Shown: piece by piece, positions 20,348 to 29,666 of the stretch | Numbering within the stretch: the stretch's first letter is position 1 | Layout: every line of letters starts with the position of its first letter | Origin: Armatimonadota bacterium | GTDB taxonomy: Bacteria > Armatimonadota > Armatimonadia > Armatimonadales > Capsulimonadaceae | Length of the DNA: 64,000 nucleotides | Direction of reading: 5' to 3' | Assembly (NCBI GenBank): GCA_025354405.1 | Contig: JANXMY010000042.1 | Coordinates: 13,615-77,614, forward strand | The notes under the pieces: generated by a model | Told to the model about the DNA's origin: nothing | Seen by the model: the letters and a program-made list of their open reading frames with translations, nothing else | Database searches by the model: none | Position numbers and translations under genes: made by a program

Positions 20348-21643
20348 TTACGGGGCGACCACGCAGACCTGACCGCGCCGCAGAAAAGCGATCTTACTGC
20401 CATCGGGTGAAAAGACGCAGGCGAGTGGGGAGGGGGCGTCGGCATCAGAACTGCGGGGCGTTAGCCGTCGGCTGACACTCGTGGTGGCTTCGACCGTAAA
20501 TATGCTGTTGTCGGCAGCATACGCGATTAGCTGCCCATCGGGGCTCCAGGTAAACGCAGAAGCCACTCCCCAGCTATTTTGCGTGACCTGGCGCGGATCG
20601 TCGCCCAGCGGAGAGACTGTCCAGAGCTGGGCTGTGCCGCTGTCATCACGCATCAGGAAAGCGATCTGCGAACCATCCGGACAACTGCGGAGCCAGTGGC
20701 GCGGCCCCTGGAGGCCAGGGAATTTTCGATGCTCCGTGTGGGTCAGCCGACGCTGAGATGTGCCAAGCGGCGGCGTGGGCCTCTTGGTCAGCGTCCCCTC
20801 CAGCGGGCCGTCTGGGGATGCGTGTGTCACTCCTTCCGGGATATCGACCACAAACACTTCCCAGAGCGTTTCACCGTTATCGCCCATCACTTCTCCCTGG
20901 AAAGCGAGAGCGCGGTGCTGCCAGGTCCCATCCTCGCACCTGTAACCGTGCGCCCCCACCCATCCTTCTTCCAAAGCCTGCCGAATGTCGTCGGAGCCGG
21001 GGCGCGGCCGGTTTGTCGTACGTGTGACCAGCACGGAGAAAAACTCACCGTCATGATTTCGTGGGTGATCTGGGTGTATGCGCACAGGGCTTAGAGGCAC
21101 GCTGACACCGATATTGCGCAGGTCAGTGTCGTTCGTGTCCGTTTCCTCCGAAAAGTGGGTCAATAGGGCATCGTTGTAGGTGAAGCTGATCCAATCCCCT
21201 TTCGGGCAGAAGATATGAACATGCGTACCGCCCCGCAAAGCCCCCGGGGTCAGGGGCAGTGTCACGGCGCGGGCTTCCAGGTTCACGGTAATGCCCGGGG
21301 TCGATAAATCTACGAGAACCCCTTGCCGATGCGCGGGGCTGTACTCCCAGTCCGAAGTGGGGTCCTCCGGACCGAGAATGAAGACGACCTGTTCCTGAAG
21401 GGGGCTGAACGTCGCCACACCGCAACGCGCCCCATTCATCGCCCGATATAAAATCCGCACTTCGCCCGTCTCGACGTGCACCATTTCAATGCGCTGGCCG
21501 TCAAAAACAGCCCCCATACTATCCGAGCGCGTATCGTAGACGATCCACTGACTATCCGGAGACCAGACGGCAAAATTCGTCAGTATTCTGCCGCCGGGAC
21601 CGGACGTGACCTCTGTTTCGAGACCAAATTCCGATTCGTACAT
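20348..21643 (-). CDS. yidR: YidR-like DUF3748 / beta-propeller protein
   Basis: Blocks match my recollection of E. coli YidR: WSPDSQWIVYD, LRGGTHVHIF, SFTYND, DLRNIGVS, GSDDIRQALEEGWVG and QIAFLMRDDSGTAQLW. Confidence 0.8.
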   Translation of the reverse strand: MYESEFGLETEVTSGPGGRILTNFAVWSPDSQWIVYDTRSDSMGAVFDGQRIEMVHVETGEVRILYRAMNGARCGVATFSPLQEQVVFILGPEDPTSDWEYSPAHRQGVLVDLSTPGITVNLEARAVTLPLTPGALRGGTHVHIFCPKGDWISFTYNDALLTHFSEETDTNDTDLRNIGVSVPLSPVRIHPDHPRNHDGEFFSVLVTRTTNRPRPGSDDIRQALEEGWVGAHGYRCEDGTWQHRALAFQGEVMGDNGETLWEVFVVDIPEGVTHASPDGPLEGTLTKRPTPPLGTSQRRLTHTEHRKFPGLQGPRHWLRSCPDGSQIAFLMRDDSGTAQLWTVSPLGDDPRQVTQNSWGVASAFTWSPDGQLIAYAADNSIFTVEATTSVSRRLTPRSSDADAPSPLACVFSPDGSKIAFLRRGQVCVVAP

Positions 21644-21645
21644 GA

Positions 21646-22185
21646 TTATTGTCCGGCTGACGAATTTGGGCCGCTTTTGCCATTCAGCAAAATCGTGATC
21701 CGTCCAGGCTGAGTTTTGTTCCCGACGGTCACATGATAGGGCTCTTCGAGGATCGGGGTGGTGTCAGGATCTCCTTCTTTGGGTGGGAAATACCTCCACG
21801 ACTGGTGCGCCGGGTCAAGGCTGTCATCGAGATCGTTGTGGAGCCGCTTGCCATCGAGGCTGCCATCCTCAACCAGAACCATCAAAGAAGCAGGATACTT
21901 GCCTTTTTCCGTGTGATAATTGACAATCGCCTTCTGGATCAACGCACCGTCCATGCCAGCTTTGCCGGCGGAGACGGCGGTTCCCAAAATACTGCCCTTG
22001 ACCGGGTGTGCGATCTGGTCCTTGACGCTCCGAACGGCGACGACGCCACCGATGATCGCCAGGACCAGCAGCACGGCGCAGCCGATGCCGCCCACTTTCC
22101 AGCAGCCCCCGGAGCCGGATTTCGCCGGGGGCGGTGGGGCAGCATAGTAATTCCCGGGCGGAGGATTGTAGGGTGGAATACTCAT
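21646..22185 (-). CDS. Hypothetical membrane-anchored protein (Pro-rich N-terminus, one TM)
   Basis: PPYNPPPGNYYAAPPPP followed by the TM segment GIGCAVLLVLAIIGGVVAV. It lies 2 nt upstream of the yidR-like gene. A minus-strand extended -10 (TGTTATAAT) lies upstream. Confidence 0.5.
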   Translation of the reverse strand: MSIPPYNPPPGNYYAAPPPPAKSGSGGCWKVGGIGCAVLLVLAIIGGVVAVRSVKDQIAHPVKGSILGTAVSAGKAGMDGALIQKAIVNYHTEKGKYPASLMVLVEDGSLDGKRLHNDLDDSLDPAHQSWRYFPPKEGDPDTTPILEEPYHVTVGNKTQPGRITILLNGKSGPNSSAGQ

Positions 22186-22314
22186 GTTTGTTTCTTTTGT
22201 TCTGATAGTTCGCCAAATATTGGCCTATTATAACACGCCGCACGCTCGAGAACAAGTAACTTTGCGAAAAAAAACGGCAAATCAGGAAAAACCTCGTACA
22301 AATTGCAGACGCAT

Positions 22315-22330
22315 TGGCACGTCTTGTGCA
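22315..22330 (+). promoter_or_regulatory. Candidate sigma-54 (-24/-12) promoter upstream of pilM
   Basis: TGGCAC gtctt GTGCA compared with the consensus TGGCAC-N5-TTGCA, about 109 nt upstream of the pilM ATG. Confidence 0.4.
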
Positions 22331-22438
22331 ATGTGAATTAAATTCGCCCCCAAAACTTTCTCCAGTTTCCCCCTCTAGTTTTTCCCCAATCGCGCCAATA
22401 ATCTGTAGCAGAAAGTTTCCTCGGGAGGGACAAGCCAG

Positions 22439-23656
22439 ATGCTCGGACTATCACAGGCCTTCGGCAAAGAAAAGATCGTTGGAGTCGATATCGGAAGCCG
22501 CCGAATCAAAGTCGTACAGGCCGAGGCTGGCCGCAGCCCCGGGTCGTGGCAGATCACAAAAGCAGCTGTCGGAGAGACGCCTGCCGATGCCGTCCGTGAC
22601 GGCATCGTAGTCGATCAGGCAGGGGTTGCCGCCGCTTTGCGTGCACTTCTGCTAGGTGCAGGGATTGAAGCCAATGCCGCTGTGGCAGCGATCAGCGGCT
22701 CGAGCGTCATCGTACGCCATGTTAAGCTGCCGCGAATGGCACAAAGCATCCTGCAAAAATCGGTGCGATTTGAGGCCGCCAAGCATATCTCTTCCTCTAT
22801 CGAAGAAAGCATGGTCGAGTTCGAGATCGCCGGACCAGTCCCTGGTGAAGAAGACAAGATGAGCGTCATGCTGGTTGCCGCTCCCAATGAGATGGTGGAT
22901 TCCAGGCTCGCAGCGCTTACCCTGGCCGGCCTGGAGCCGGTAGCGGTTGACGTAGAGGCGTTTGCCCTTCAGCGTGCCCTCGTCGATCTGTCCCCCACGA
23001 AACCCGGGGAGGGTATCACCCTGGCCCTGCTGGATATTGGGGCAACCACCACGGATGTCAATATTATCACCAACGGCATGTTTGCACTCACCCGGAACAT
23101 TCCAATCGCCGGGGACAGTTTCACACAGGCTTTGAAGTCCGTGCGCCCTGAAGCGGACTGGGCGACTCTGGAAGCCCTCAAAACCGAAGTGGATATGGCG
23201 TCACTGCTTCAGCCGGACGCCGACCCAAATACCACTGCCCTGGCACGCGCCATGCAGCCGGCACTCGATGAGCTGCTGCGCGAAGTCCGCCGTTCGACTA
23301 ACTATTACCAGTCGCAGCTTGCCGACGAAGCGAATTCGATTCTGCCGCCTGGGATCAATGCTCAGGCCGCGGGAGCTGTGTCCACCCTGGTGATCACCGG
23401 TGGGAGCGCGAAGATCAAAGGTCTTGAGACTTACATGGCAGCCCGGCTGGGTATCCCCGTGGAGACCTGGAACCCGTTTGAGAACCCGGCGTTCGATGCC
23501 TCACGCTTTGCCCCCAGTTTCGTGGAAGATAACCACGCTCTTCTGGTGACGGGAATTGGCCTGGCATTAAAAGAGCTGGTTCCAGTCCGCCCTGCCGATA
23601 AGTTGATGAAGCTGAATTCCGCGAAGACGATCAAGCCGCTTGCCAAAGCTGCCTGA
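22439..23656 (+). CDS. pilM: Type IV pilus assembly ATPase-fold protein PilM
   Basis: Actin-like N-terminus IVGVDIGSRRIKVV. It comes first in the pilMNOPQ order. Confidence 0.85.
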   Translation: MLGLSQAFGKEKIVGVDIGSRRIKVVQAEAGRSPGSWQITKAAVGETPADAVRDGIVVDQAGVAAALRALLLGAGIEANAAVAAISGSSVIVRHVKLPRMAQSILQKSVRFEAAKHISSSIEESMVEFEIAGPVPGEEDKMSVMLVAAPNEMVDSRLAALTLAGLEPVAVDVEAFALQRALVDLSPTKPGEGITLALLDIGATTTDVNIITNGMFALTRNIPIAGDSFTQALKSVRPEADWATLEALKTEVDMASLLQPDADPNTTALARAMQPALDELLREVRRSTNYYQSQLADEANSILPPGINAQAAGAVSTLVITGGSAKIKGLETYMAARLGIPVETWNPFENPAFDASRFAPSFVEDNHALLVTGIGLALKELVPVRPADKLMKLNSAKTIKPLAKAA

Positions 23657-23682
23657 GAAAACCGCGAAGGAGAATAGAACCA

Positions 23683-24318
23683 ATGCCTTCCATAAATATG
23701 ATTGCCGTGCGCCGTGCCGATAAACGGCGTCAAGAACAAAATATCCGCAAGCTGCTGTACGGCATCATCGGCGAGTCGGGGCTGATCGTCGTCGCCGCCT
23801 TCGTGGTCACAGCCCGTATCTTCGGGATGCAGGGCCATGTCAACGATCTATCGGACCAGCTGCAGAAGCTTAAGCCAAAAGTCACGGAAATCCAGGCTTT
23901 GCAGGCGCAAACCGTTGCCATGCAGCCGAAAGTCGCGACACTCGACGGAGCAAAAGCCGACACTCTGTTCTGGTACAGCAGCCTCGGCGCAGTCTCTGAC
24001 AGTCTGCCAGCGCAGACCTGGCTGACTTCGATGGGAACCAGTAATTCCTCCTCCGCTGGCGGTCCCGGAACCTATGCCGGCACGGACCCGACGCTCAATA
24101 TTACGGGTATTGCGATGAGCCAGGCCATGGTCGGCGAGACGATGCTGCGAATGAATTCTTCTCCGTCTCTGGACCATGTTGACTTATCATTCGTAACGCA
24201 GCAGAAGATCGGACTGGCGAATGCGGTGTCGTTCCAAATGACAGTCCACCTCAAGCCAGAATCCGATGCCGTCACTCCGGCCACTCTGAAAGGAGCTTCC
24301 AATGCTCAAAAGTCCTAA
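23683..24318 (+). CDS. pilN: PilN-like pilus assembly protein
   Basis: INMIAVRRADKRRQ N-terminus, a single TM, a coiled coil, and its position after pilM. Confidence 0.75.
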   Translation: MPSINMIAVRRADKRRQEQNIRKLLYGIIGESGLIVVAAFVVTARIFGMQGHVNDLSDQLQKLKPKVTEIQALQAQTVAMQPKVATLDGAKADTLFWYSSLGAVSDSLPAQTWLTSMGTSNSSSAGGPGTYAGTDPTLNITGIAMSQAMVGETMLRMNSSPSLDHVDLSFVTQQKIGLANAVSFQMTVHLKPESDAVTPATLKGASNAQKS

Positions 24319-25135
24319 TGGGGTGGTCTCACCCGCAAAAAAAATCATGCTGACTCTGGTGGGGGGTTCCGGCCTGGTACTGCTCGCTGGGGGTGCGGTT
24401 CTTTTCGGGCTGAACTCGAAGCTTACCTCTTTGCAGGCAACCGCTGTTCAGTCCGAAAAAGAAGTCGGCTCCAGCGAGCAGATCGCGAAGCGTTATCAGG
24501 CGACCAAAGACAGTTTCAATGAGACGCAGGGGCGGATCCAATTTTTGGAAAGCGCCGTCACGTCGAAATCTTATGTGCCGACGCTGCTGAAACAGCTGCA
24601 AACACTGGCGCTGACCACGCACTTGAACGTCACTTCGGTTCGCCCTGGTGCGCCGCCGCCGCCCGTCGCCCCGGCAGCTCATCCGTCGGACAGCGCGACT
24701 TCCGCCGCGGATGTCAAGAAAGTCGCACCGCCGCCTTATGATATCGTGCCGATCGATGTGGATATGACTGGCAGCTATGCAAATACGGCAACTTTTCTGT
24801 ATAGCCTGACGCGATTCCCAAAAATCATCGCGGTGGTGGGAGCCCAGCTTCACCCGAACGGCCTTCCGCCCGGCTCCAGCCCGACCGCTTCGCCAACCGT
24901 GACGACGAACCTGCATCTGGTTGCCTTTATGTTCCATGAAGATGCTTCCACGGCCCCTATCCTGCCGGGATCCCCGGCAGTCACCACCGCTTCCATGCCG
25001 ACGAACGGCCCGGTGGATGTCTCAAAAATCGATCCGGCTGCAGGACGCGTCGAACGCGGCGCACTCGCCGCTTCAAAGACTTCGAGCGACCGGATCGGAC
25101 AGAATCGAACGGCTGTCGGAAGCAGCTCACTGTAG
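24302..25135 (+). CDS. pilO: PilO-like pilus assembly protein with Pro/Ala-rich insert
   Basis: Single TM, coiled coil and ferredoxin-like core (VPIDVDMTGSYANTATFLYSLTRFPKII), plus gene order. Confidence 0.65.
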   Translation: MLKSPNGVVSPAKKIMLTLVGGSGLVLLAGGAVLFGLNSKLTSLQATAVQSEKEVGSSEQIAKRYQATKDSFNETQGRIQFLESAVTSKSYVPTLLKQLQTLALTTHLNVTSVRPGAPPPPVAPAAHPSDSATSAADVKKVAPPPYDIVPIDVDMTGSYANTATFLYSLTRFPKIIAVVGAQLHPNGLPPGSSPTASPTVTTNLHLVAFMFHEDASTAPILPGSPAVTTASMPTNGPVDVSKIDPAAGRVERGALAASKTSSDRIGQNRTAVGSSSL

Positions 25136-25148
25136 GCAGGAAGACACC

Positions 25149-26144
25149 ATGAAAAAATTAGACAAAAAGCAAATTCCTCAGTTCGTGGCACTCTGTGTTC
25201 TGTCATCCGGCGTGTTCGGCTACTTCGTCATACGGATGGTCACTCCCAGTGAGGCATCTGCCAGCACTGCCGTGCGCCAGTCCACGCCGGTGGCCGCTGG
25301 ACCGACGACGAAAGCAGTCACACCCGTGCCGACGACCGTGAACACGGCGGCGGGGGCTCCTCTGATTGTCGCATCGGCAGTCACTCCAACAGTTGCGGGC
25401 GATCCAGCGCCTGCTGTTCTTCAGCCTCTGGCGGGAATGCGTGACCCCTTCGTTGTCGGTTATGTCGAACCGAAGATCGCTCCACCGGTGGCACCGGTTA
25501 TCGCGCCGCCAAAGCTGATTGCTTCACCTAATCCACAGATGGCCCGTGCTACCCTCCCTGGCCTATCGGCGTTCCCAGCACCGCCCGCCCCGGACCTTCC
25601 CAACGGCCTGACCGGCTTCTCCGTGCGGCCAACACAAATGGCTCCTTCCCTGCCGCGAGTCTTGGCACCCCCAACTCCCGCGCCAGCCTGGACCGTGACG
25701 GGTGTGCTGCAAGCCAATGCGGAGAAGGTGGCCATCCTGCGAAATGGGGAAGCCCGGCGGATTGTTCGCAGCGGCGATTTCGTGGATAGTACGTATCAGG
25801 TCGCCGATGTAACCCGATCCTATGTCGTGCTGCGGCATGGATCCGCGACCTACCGGCTCATGCTGGGGGGGGGCAAACCGGCCCAGTCCCCAACCCTGGC
25901 CCCGGCATCCGTCAGCGGCCCGCCGATGCTTACAACCCCACCCGACTCCGCCGCGCCGAAGCAAACAGCTCCCGGCCAGCATTTAGGTCAGCCTGGCAGC
26001 TCCGCGCTGACGCAGGCGGGTCACTCTCTAGGCCGGCTTGCGACGCAGTGGCTTAGCAAAACGCGAACCGAGCCAGTCCAGGCTTCACTATCGCAGCCGA
26101 CAGATCAGATCGCCCTTCGGTTTTTTGATAACACACAAGAGTAG
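25149..26144 (+). CDS. PilP-like, Pro/Ala-rich periplasmic protein
   Basis: The ATG at 25149 (MKKLDKKQIP) is followed by a TM segment and long Pro-rich linkers. A small beta domain follows (WTVTGVLQANAEKVAILRNGEARRIVRSGDFV). It sits between pilO and pilQ. Confidence 0.55.
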   Translation: MKKLDKKQIPQFVALCVLSSGVFGYFVIRMVTPSEASASTAVRQSTPVAAGPTTKAVTPVPTTVNTAAGAPLIVASAVTPTVAGDPAPAVLQPLAGMRDPFVVGYVEPKIAPPVAPVIAPPKLIASPNPQMARATLPGLSAFPAPPAPDLPNGLTGFSVRPTQMAPSLPRVLAPPTPAPAWTVTGVLQANAEKVAILRNGEARRIVRSGDFVDSTYQVADVTRSYVVLRHGSATYRLMLGGGKPAQSPTLAPASVSGPPMLTTPPDSAAPKQTAPGQHLGQPGSSALTQAGHSLGRLATQWLSKTRTEPVQASLSQPTDQIALRFFDNTQE

Positions 26145-26160
26145 TGCCGCTAAGTAATAC

Positions 26161-26181
26161 CGGCTTTCCGCAGGAAAGCCG
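26161..26181 (+). promoter_or_regulatory. Intercistronic stem-loop just upstream of the pilQ SD
   Basis: CGGCTTTCC gca GGAAAGCCG, a perfect 9-bp stem, immediately followed by GAAGAGGAG. Confidence 0.3.
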
Positions 26182-26195
26182 AAGAGGAGATTTTC

Positions 26196-27836
26196 ATGCA
26201 GACCAAACCGTTCGCCTTCCCTAAAAATATCGCATTGAATGCCGCCGCACTCGCGCTGGCATCGGGGCTACTTGCAGCGTCAAGTGCAATTGCCGCTCCG
26301 GTCACAGCCGCGCCACATACGGTACGGGCGATGACCAGCAGCACCGACGATGTCACGCTGGATTTCGTTTCCGCCGATATCAATGATGTCCTCAAAGCCC
26401 TGGCGATGCAGACCCGGAGCAATATTGTCTCTGGCAGCGATGTCAAAGGCACGATCACCGTCTCTCTGGCGCATGTCTCGCTGGAGGAGGCACTGGACCT
26501 GATCACCAAGTTGTCCGGCTTTCAGTATGCCAAGATTGGCAAGACCTACCTCGTCGGCAGCCCCACCGCAATCCAAACCCTGACCGCAAACGGCTCGGCA
26601 CAGTCCCCGGCAGTCACCGGAGTGATCGCCTTCAGCTATTCCGACCCGGCTGACCTGACCCTCGAGCTGAAGCAGCTTTATCCGAACTTGAAGACGACTC
26701 CCGGCAAGTCCGCAGGCGGGCAGGCGGGCGGCGGCGTCCTGGTGGTCACAGGCTCTCCAGAAGATGTCGAGTCGGCCCGCCGCATGATCTCCGACTCTGA
26801 GGGAGTGCTCTCGAAGAATATCCAGGCCTCCCGAACCGAGGTCTACAACATCAAATACGTCTCCGCCGACGACCTCCAGCTCGTTCTGGCGCGTCTGGTG
26901 CCTGGTGTCATTATCACCCCAGGCCCGGTGCAGCGTACCTATGCTCCCGCACCGATAACAGCCGATGCAGGCGGCGTAACGGCGATGACCAGTTCCACTG
27001 GGTCGGGTGGCGGAACCGTCACTTCAGTTACCGGCAATCTTCCAGTAAAGCCCACAACTACCTCGCTGCTCTTGACAGGGTCCGACGCCGATCTCGCCCG
27101 TGCCCTCCAAGTGCTTGCGACTGTTGACCTGCGCCCGGCACAGATTAACTTCGAGGCTAAAATCACGGAGATCAACCTCAACAAAACGGACCATCTGGGA
27201 CTGACCTATGACTTCAGCGGGGCAGGTTCAACGGTGGGGGAAACCTTATCCCCTAATTATGCAGGGAAAATTCTGAAGTTGGGGACGTTTACCCGAACTC
27301 CTTTATCAACCTTTGTTCGAGTTCAGCTGAATGCGATGTATCAGAGCGGTGACGCCAAGCTACTCTCCAGCCCAAATATCTCGGCGCTGGATGGTCAGCC
27401 GGCGGCGGTCTTTATTGGTGACTCGATTACCTATGTTTCTTCTGTTACGACCGGTCCCACCGGCCAAAATATCACGACGGCGACTGTCAATGCGGGAATC
27501 AAGCTGCTGGTGACCGGTAAGATCAACAACGATGGCTACGTGACGATGAACATTCATCCGGAAGTCTCTACGCCGACTTTCAAACCGTCGATCGGCGGTG
27601 CAGTCCTCCCAGACATCTCGACTCGCGAGGCGACGACCACGGTGCGCGTCAAGGACGGAGATACCATCGCGATCGGCGGCCTCATCAGCCAGCAGGATGT
27701 CAAGAATATCACTAAAGTCCCTTTCCTCGGCGATCTGCCGTTCTTCGGACAGCTCTTCCGAGACTCGCAGACATCGCATAACCGCAACGAAATCGTGATC
27801 TTCGTGAAAGTCTCTGTGCAGAAAGACGCCGTTTAA
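26196..27836 (+). CDS. pilQ: Type IV pilus secretin PilQ
   Basis: Signal peptide, an N-domain (VTLDFVSADINDVLKALA) and a secretin C-domain ending in VPFLGDLPFFGQLFR. Confidence 0.9.
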   Translation: MQTKPFAFPKNIALNAAALALASGLLAASSAIAAPVTAAPHTVRAMTSSTDDVTLDFVSADINDVLKALAMQTRSNIVSGSDVKGTITVSLAHVSLEEALDLITKLSGFQYAKIGKTYLVGSPTAIQTLTANGSAQSPAVTGVIAFSYSDPADLTLELKQLYPNLKTTPGKSAGGQAGGGVLVVTGSPEDVESARRMISDSEGVLSKNIQASRTEVYNIKYVSADDLQLVLARLVPGVIITPGPVQRTYAPAPITADAGGVTAMTSSTGSGGGTVTSVTGNLPVKPTTTSLLLTGSDADLARALQVLATVDLRPAQINFEAKITEINLNKTDHLGLTYDFSGAGSTVGETLSPNYAGKILKLGTFTRTPLSTFVRVQLNAMYQSGDAKLLSSPNISALDGQPAAVFIGDSITYVSSVTTGPTGQNITTATVNAGIKLLVTGKINNDGYVTMNIHPEVSTPTFKPSIGGAVLPDISTREATTTVRVKDGDTIAIGGLISQQDVKNITKVPFLGDLPFFGQLFRDSQTSHNRNEIVIFVKVSVQKDAV

Positions 27837-27875
27837 GCTAGTCTCTACAGAACCGACGCAGCTTTACCGATAATT

Positions 27876-27909
27876 ATGGCAGGGAATAGTCCCTGCCATT
27901 TTCTTGTTT
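27876..27909 (+). terminator. Rho-independent terminator/attenuator between pilQ and pilB
   Basis: ATGGCAGGGA atag TCCCTGCCAT followed by TTTCTTGTTT. Confidence 0.65.
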
Positions 27910-27930
27910 CGGTATCCCCAAGGTAATTCT

Positions 27931-29661
27931 ATGCAGTCAACAGCAGCGGTAGATATTTTCGTCAGCAGCGGCCTTGTTTCCCAAGAGCAACTGACGCAGG
28001 CCCAGGAGAAGCAGCAGCAGTTGAAGACGCAGGAGCCGGTGGGTGACCTGCTGGTTTCCATGGGGTTGATCACCGAGCGCGACCGGGTCAAGTGCCTTGG
28101 CGAGCAATGGGGCGTCCCCTATGTAGACCTGACGGAAATACAGATTCCTGAGGAGGTCACGGCGGCAGTGACGCAGGAGCTGGCACGCCGGTTCAAAGTC
28201 ATCCCCATCGAGCGCACTCCAAAGCGTATTACCCTGGCGATGAAGAACCCGCTGGACATCTTCGCCATCGACGAAATCCGGCTCATTACGGGCAAAGAAG
28301 TCGATGCGGTGATCGCCACTGAAGAGGACATTATCCTCGCTATTTCCGCAAATTACCGCACGGAAGTCAATGTCACCGAAGCGGTTGCCGGAGTCATGCG
28401 GGACATCGATGAAGCGACGATCACCCTGACCGAAGGCAATGTCGGCGGGGATGAAAATATCTCCATCGAACAGCTGAAAGAGCTGTCGGGTGAAGCCCCG
28501 GTCGTCCGCCTGACGAATATGATCATCTCGCGCGGAATTGCCGATAAAGCTTCCGATATCCATATTGAACCGGGCAAAGACGGCCTGCGCATTCGTTACC
28601 GTGTCGATGGTATTCTTTCGGACGGCATGACCCTGCCTAAAAAAGCGCAGGCCTCGGTAACATCGCGCATCAAAATCATGGCGGACATGGATATCTCCGA
28701 GAAGCGTGCCCCGCAGGATGGTCGCATCTCAGCGACTATTGAAGGCCGCCCCTACGACTTTCGCGTTTCAACTCTTCCGGCAGTGTTCGGGGAGAAGATC
28801 GTGATGCGCGTCCTCGACAAAGCGAACATCTCGGTCGGCCTCCACAAGCTGGGCCTGCTGCCCTACACTTACGAGATGTTCGAGTCGATGATCCAGCGTA
28901 CCTACGGTATTATTCTAGTGACCGGACCGACGGGATCGGGTAAGTCTACAACCCTCTATTCGGTGCTGGCAAAACTGAACTCCGGCGAGAAAAATATTTT
29001 AACTATCGAAGACCCCGTGGAGTACGAGCTGTCGGGGATCACGCAGAGCATGGTAAATAACCGGGCGGGTATGACCTTTGCCGCCGGGCTGCGATCCATG
29101 CTGCGGCAGGATCCGAACATTATCATGGTTGGCGAGATGCGCGACCAGGAGACGGCCATGATCGCCATCGAGGCGGCTCTGACCGGGCATCTCGTGCTGT
29201 CGACACTGCACACCAACGATGCCCCCGGCTCGGTCGCACGACTGCTGGATATGGGGGTCGAGAGCTTCTTGATCGCGTCGTCCATCGCCGGAGTTCTGGC
29301 CCAGCGCCTGCTGCGGACAGTCTGCGTCAAGTGCAAAGAGCCGTATTCGCCGCCGAAAGATGCAATCAAGCGGATCGGCATGAATTTGGATATTCTGGAC
29401 AAAAGCGAGGTAACTTTCTACCGCGGCAGAGGCTGCGACCACTGCAAAGGCACCGGCTATAAGGGCCGCGTCGGAGTGTACGAGCTGATGCCGGTCAACG
29501 ATAAAGTCCGGGAGCTGATTCTCGCCCGCGGCTCGTCATACGCTATTCGAGAGGCGGCGATCGAGGCCGGGATGCGAACATTAAAAGACGATGCGATGGA
29601 GAAGATTTTGCTCGGCATCACAACGCTTGAAGAGTCTTTACGCGTGATCTACGCAGGGTAA
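27931..29661 (+). CDS. pilB: Type IV pilus assembly ATPase PilB (GspE family)
   Basis: N-terminal GSPII domain, Walker A GPTGSGKST and a tetracysteine motif (CVKC ... CDHC). The ATG at 27931 lies downstream of the terminator. Confidence 0.9.
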   Translation: MQSTAAVDIFVSSGLVSQEQLTQAQEKQQQLKTQEPVGDLLVSMGLITERDRVKCLGEQWGVPYVDLTEIQIPEEVTAAVTQELARRFKVIPIERTPKRITLAMKNPLDIFAIDEIRLITGKEVDAVIATEEDIILAISANYRTEVNVTEAVAGVMRDIDEATITLTEGNVGGDENISIEQLKELSGEAPVVRLTNMIISRGIADKASDIHIEPGKDGLRIRYRVDGILSDGMTLPKKAQASVTSRIKIMADMDISEKRAPQDGRISATIEGRPYDFRVSTLPAVFGEKIVMRVLDKANISVGLHKLGLLPYTYEMFESMIQRTYGIILVTGPTGSGKSTTLYSVLAKLNSGEKNILTIEDPVEYELSGITQSMVNNRAGMTFAAGLRSMLRQDPNIIMVGEMRDQETAMIAIEAALTGHLVLSTLHTNDAPGSVARLLDMGVESFLIASSIAGVLAQRLLRTVCVKCKEPYSPPKDAIKRIGMNLDILDKSEVTFYRGRGCDHCKGTGYKGRVGVYELMPVNDKVRELILARGSSYAIREAAIEAGMRTLKDDAMEKILLGITTLEESLRVIYAG

Positions 29662-29666
29662 TACAA

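Noticed and set aside
24921-25148. 76-aa N-terminal extension of the PilP-like ORF
   Set aside because: It overlaps the 3' end of pilO in another frame. The ATG at 25149 (MKKLDKK plus a TM segment) is a sensible start right after the pilO stop.
27866-27873. ACCGATAA, a sigma-28 -10-like octamer ahead of pilB
   Set aside because: There is no TAAA at the required 15-16 nt upstream, and it is overlapped by the pilQ terminator.
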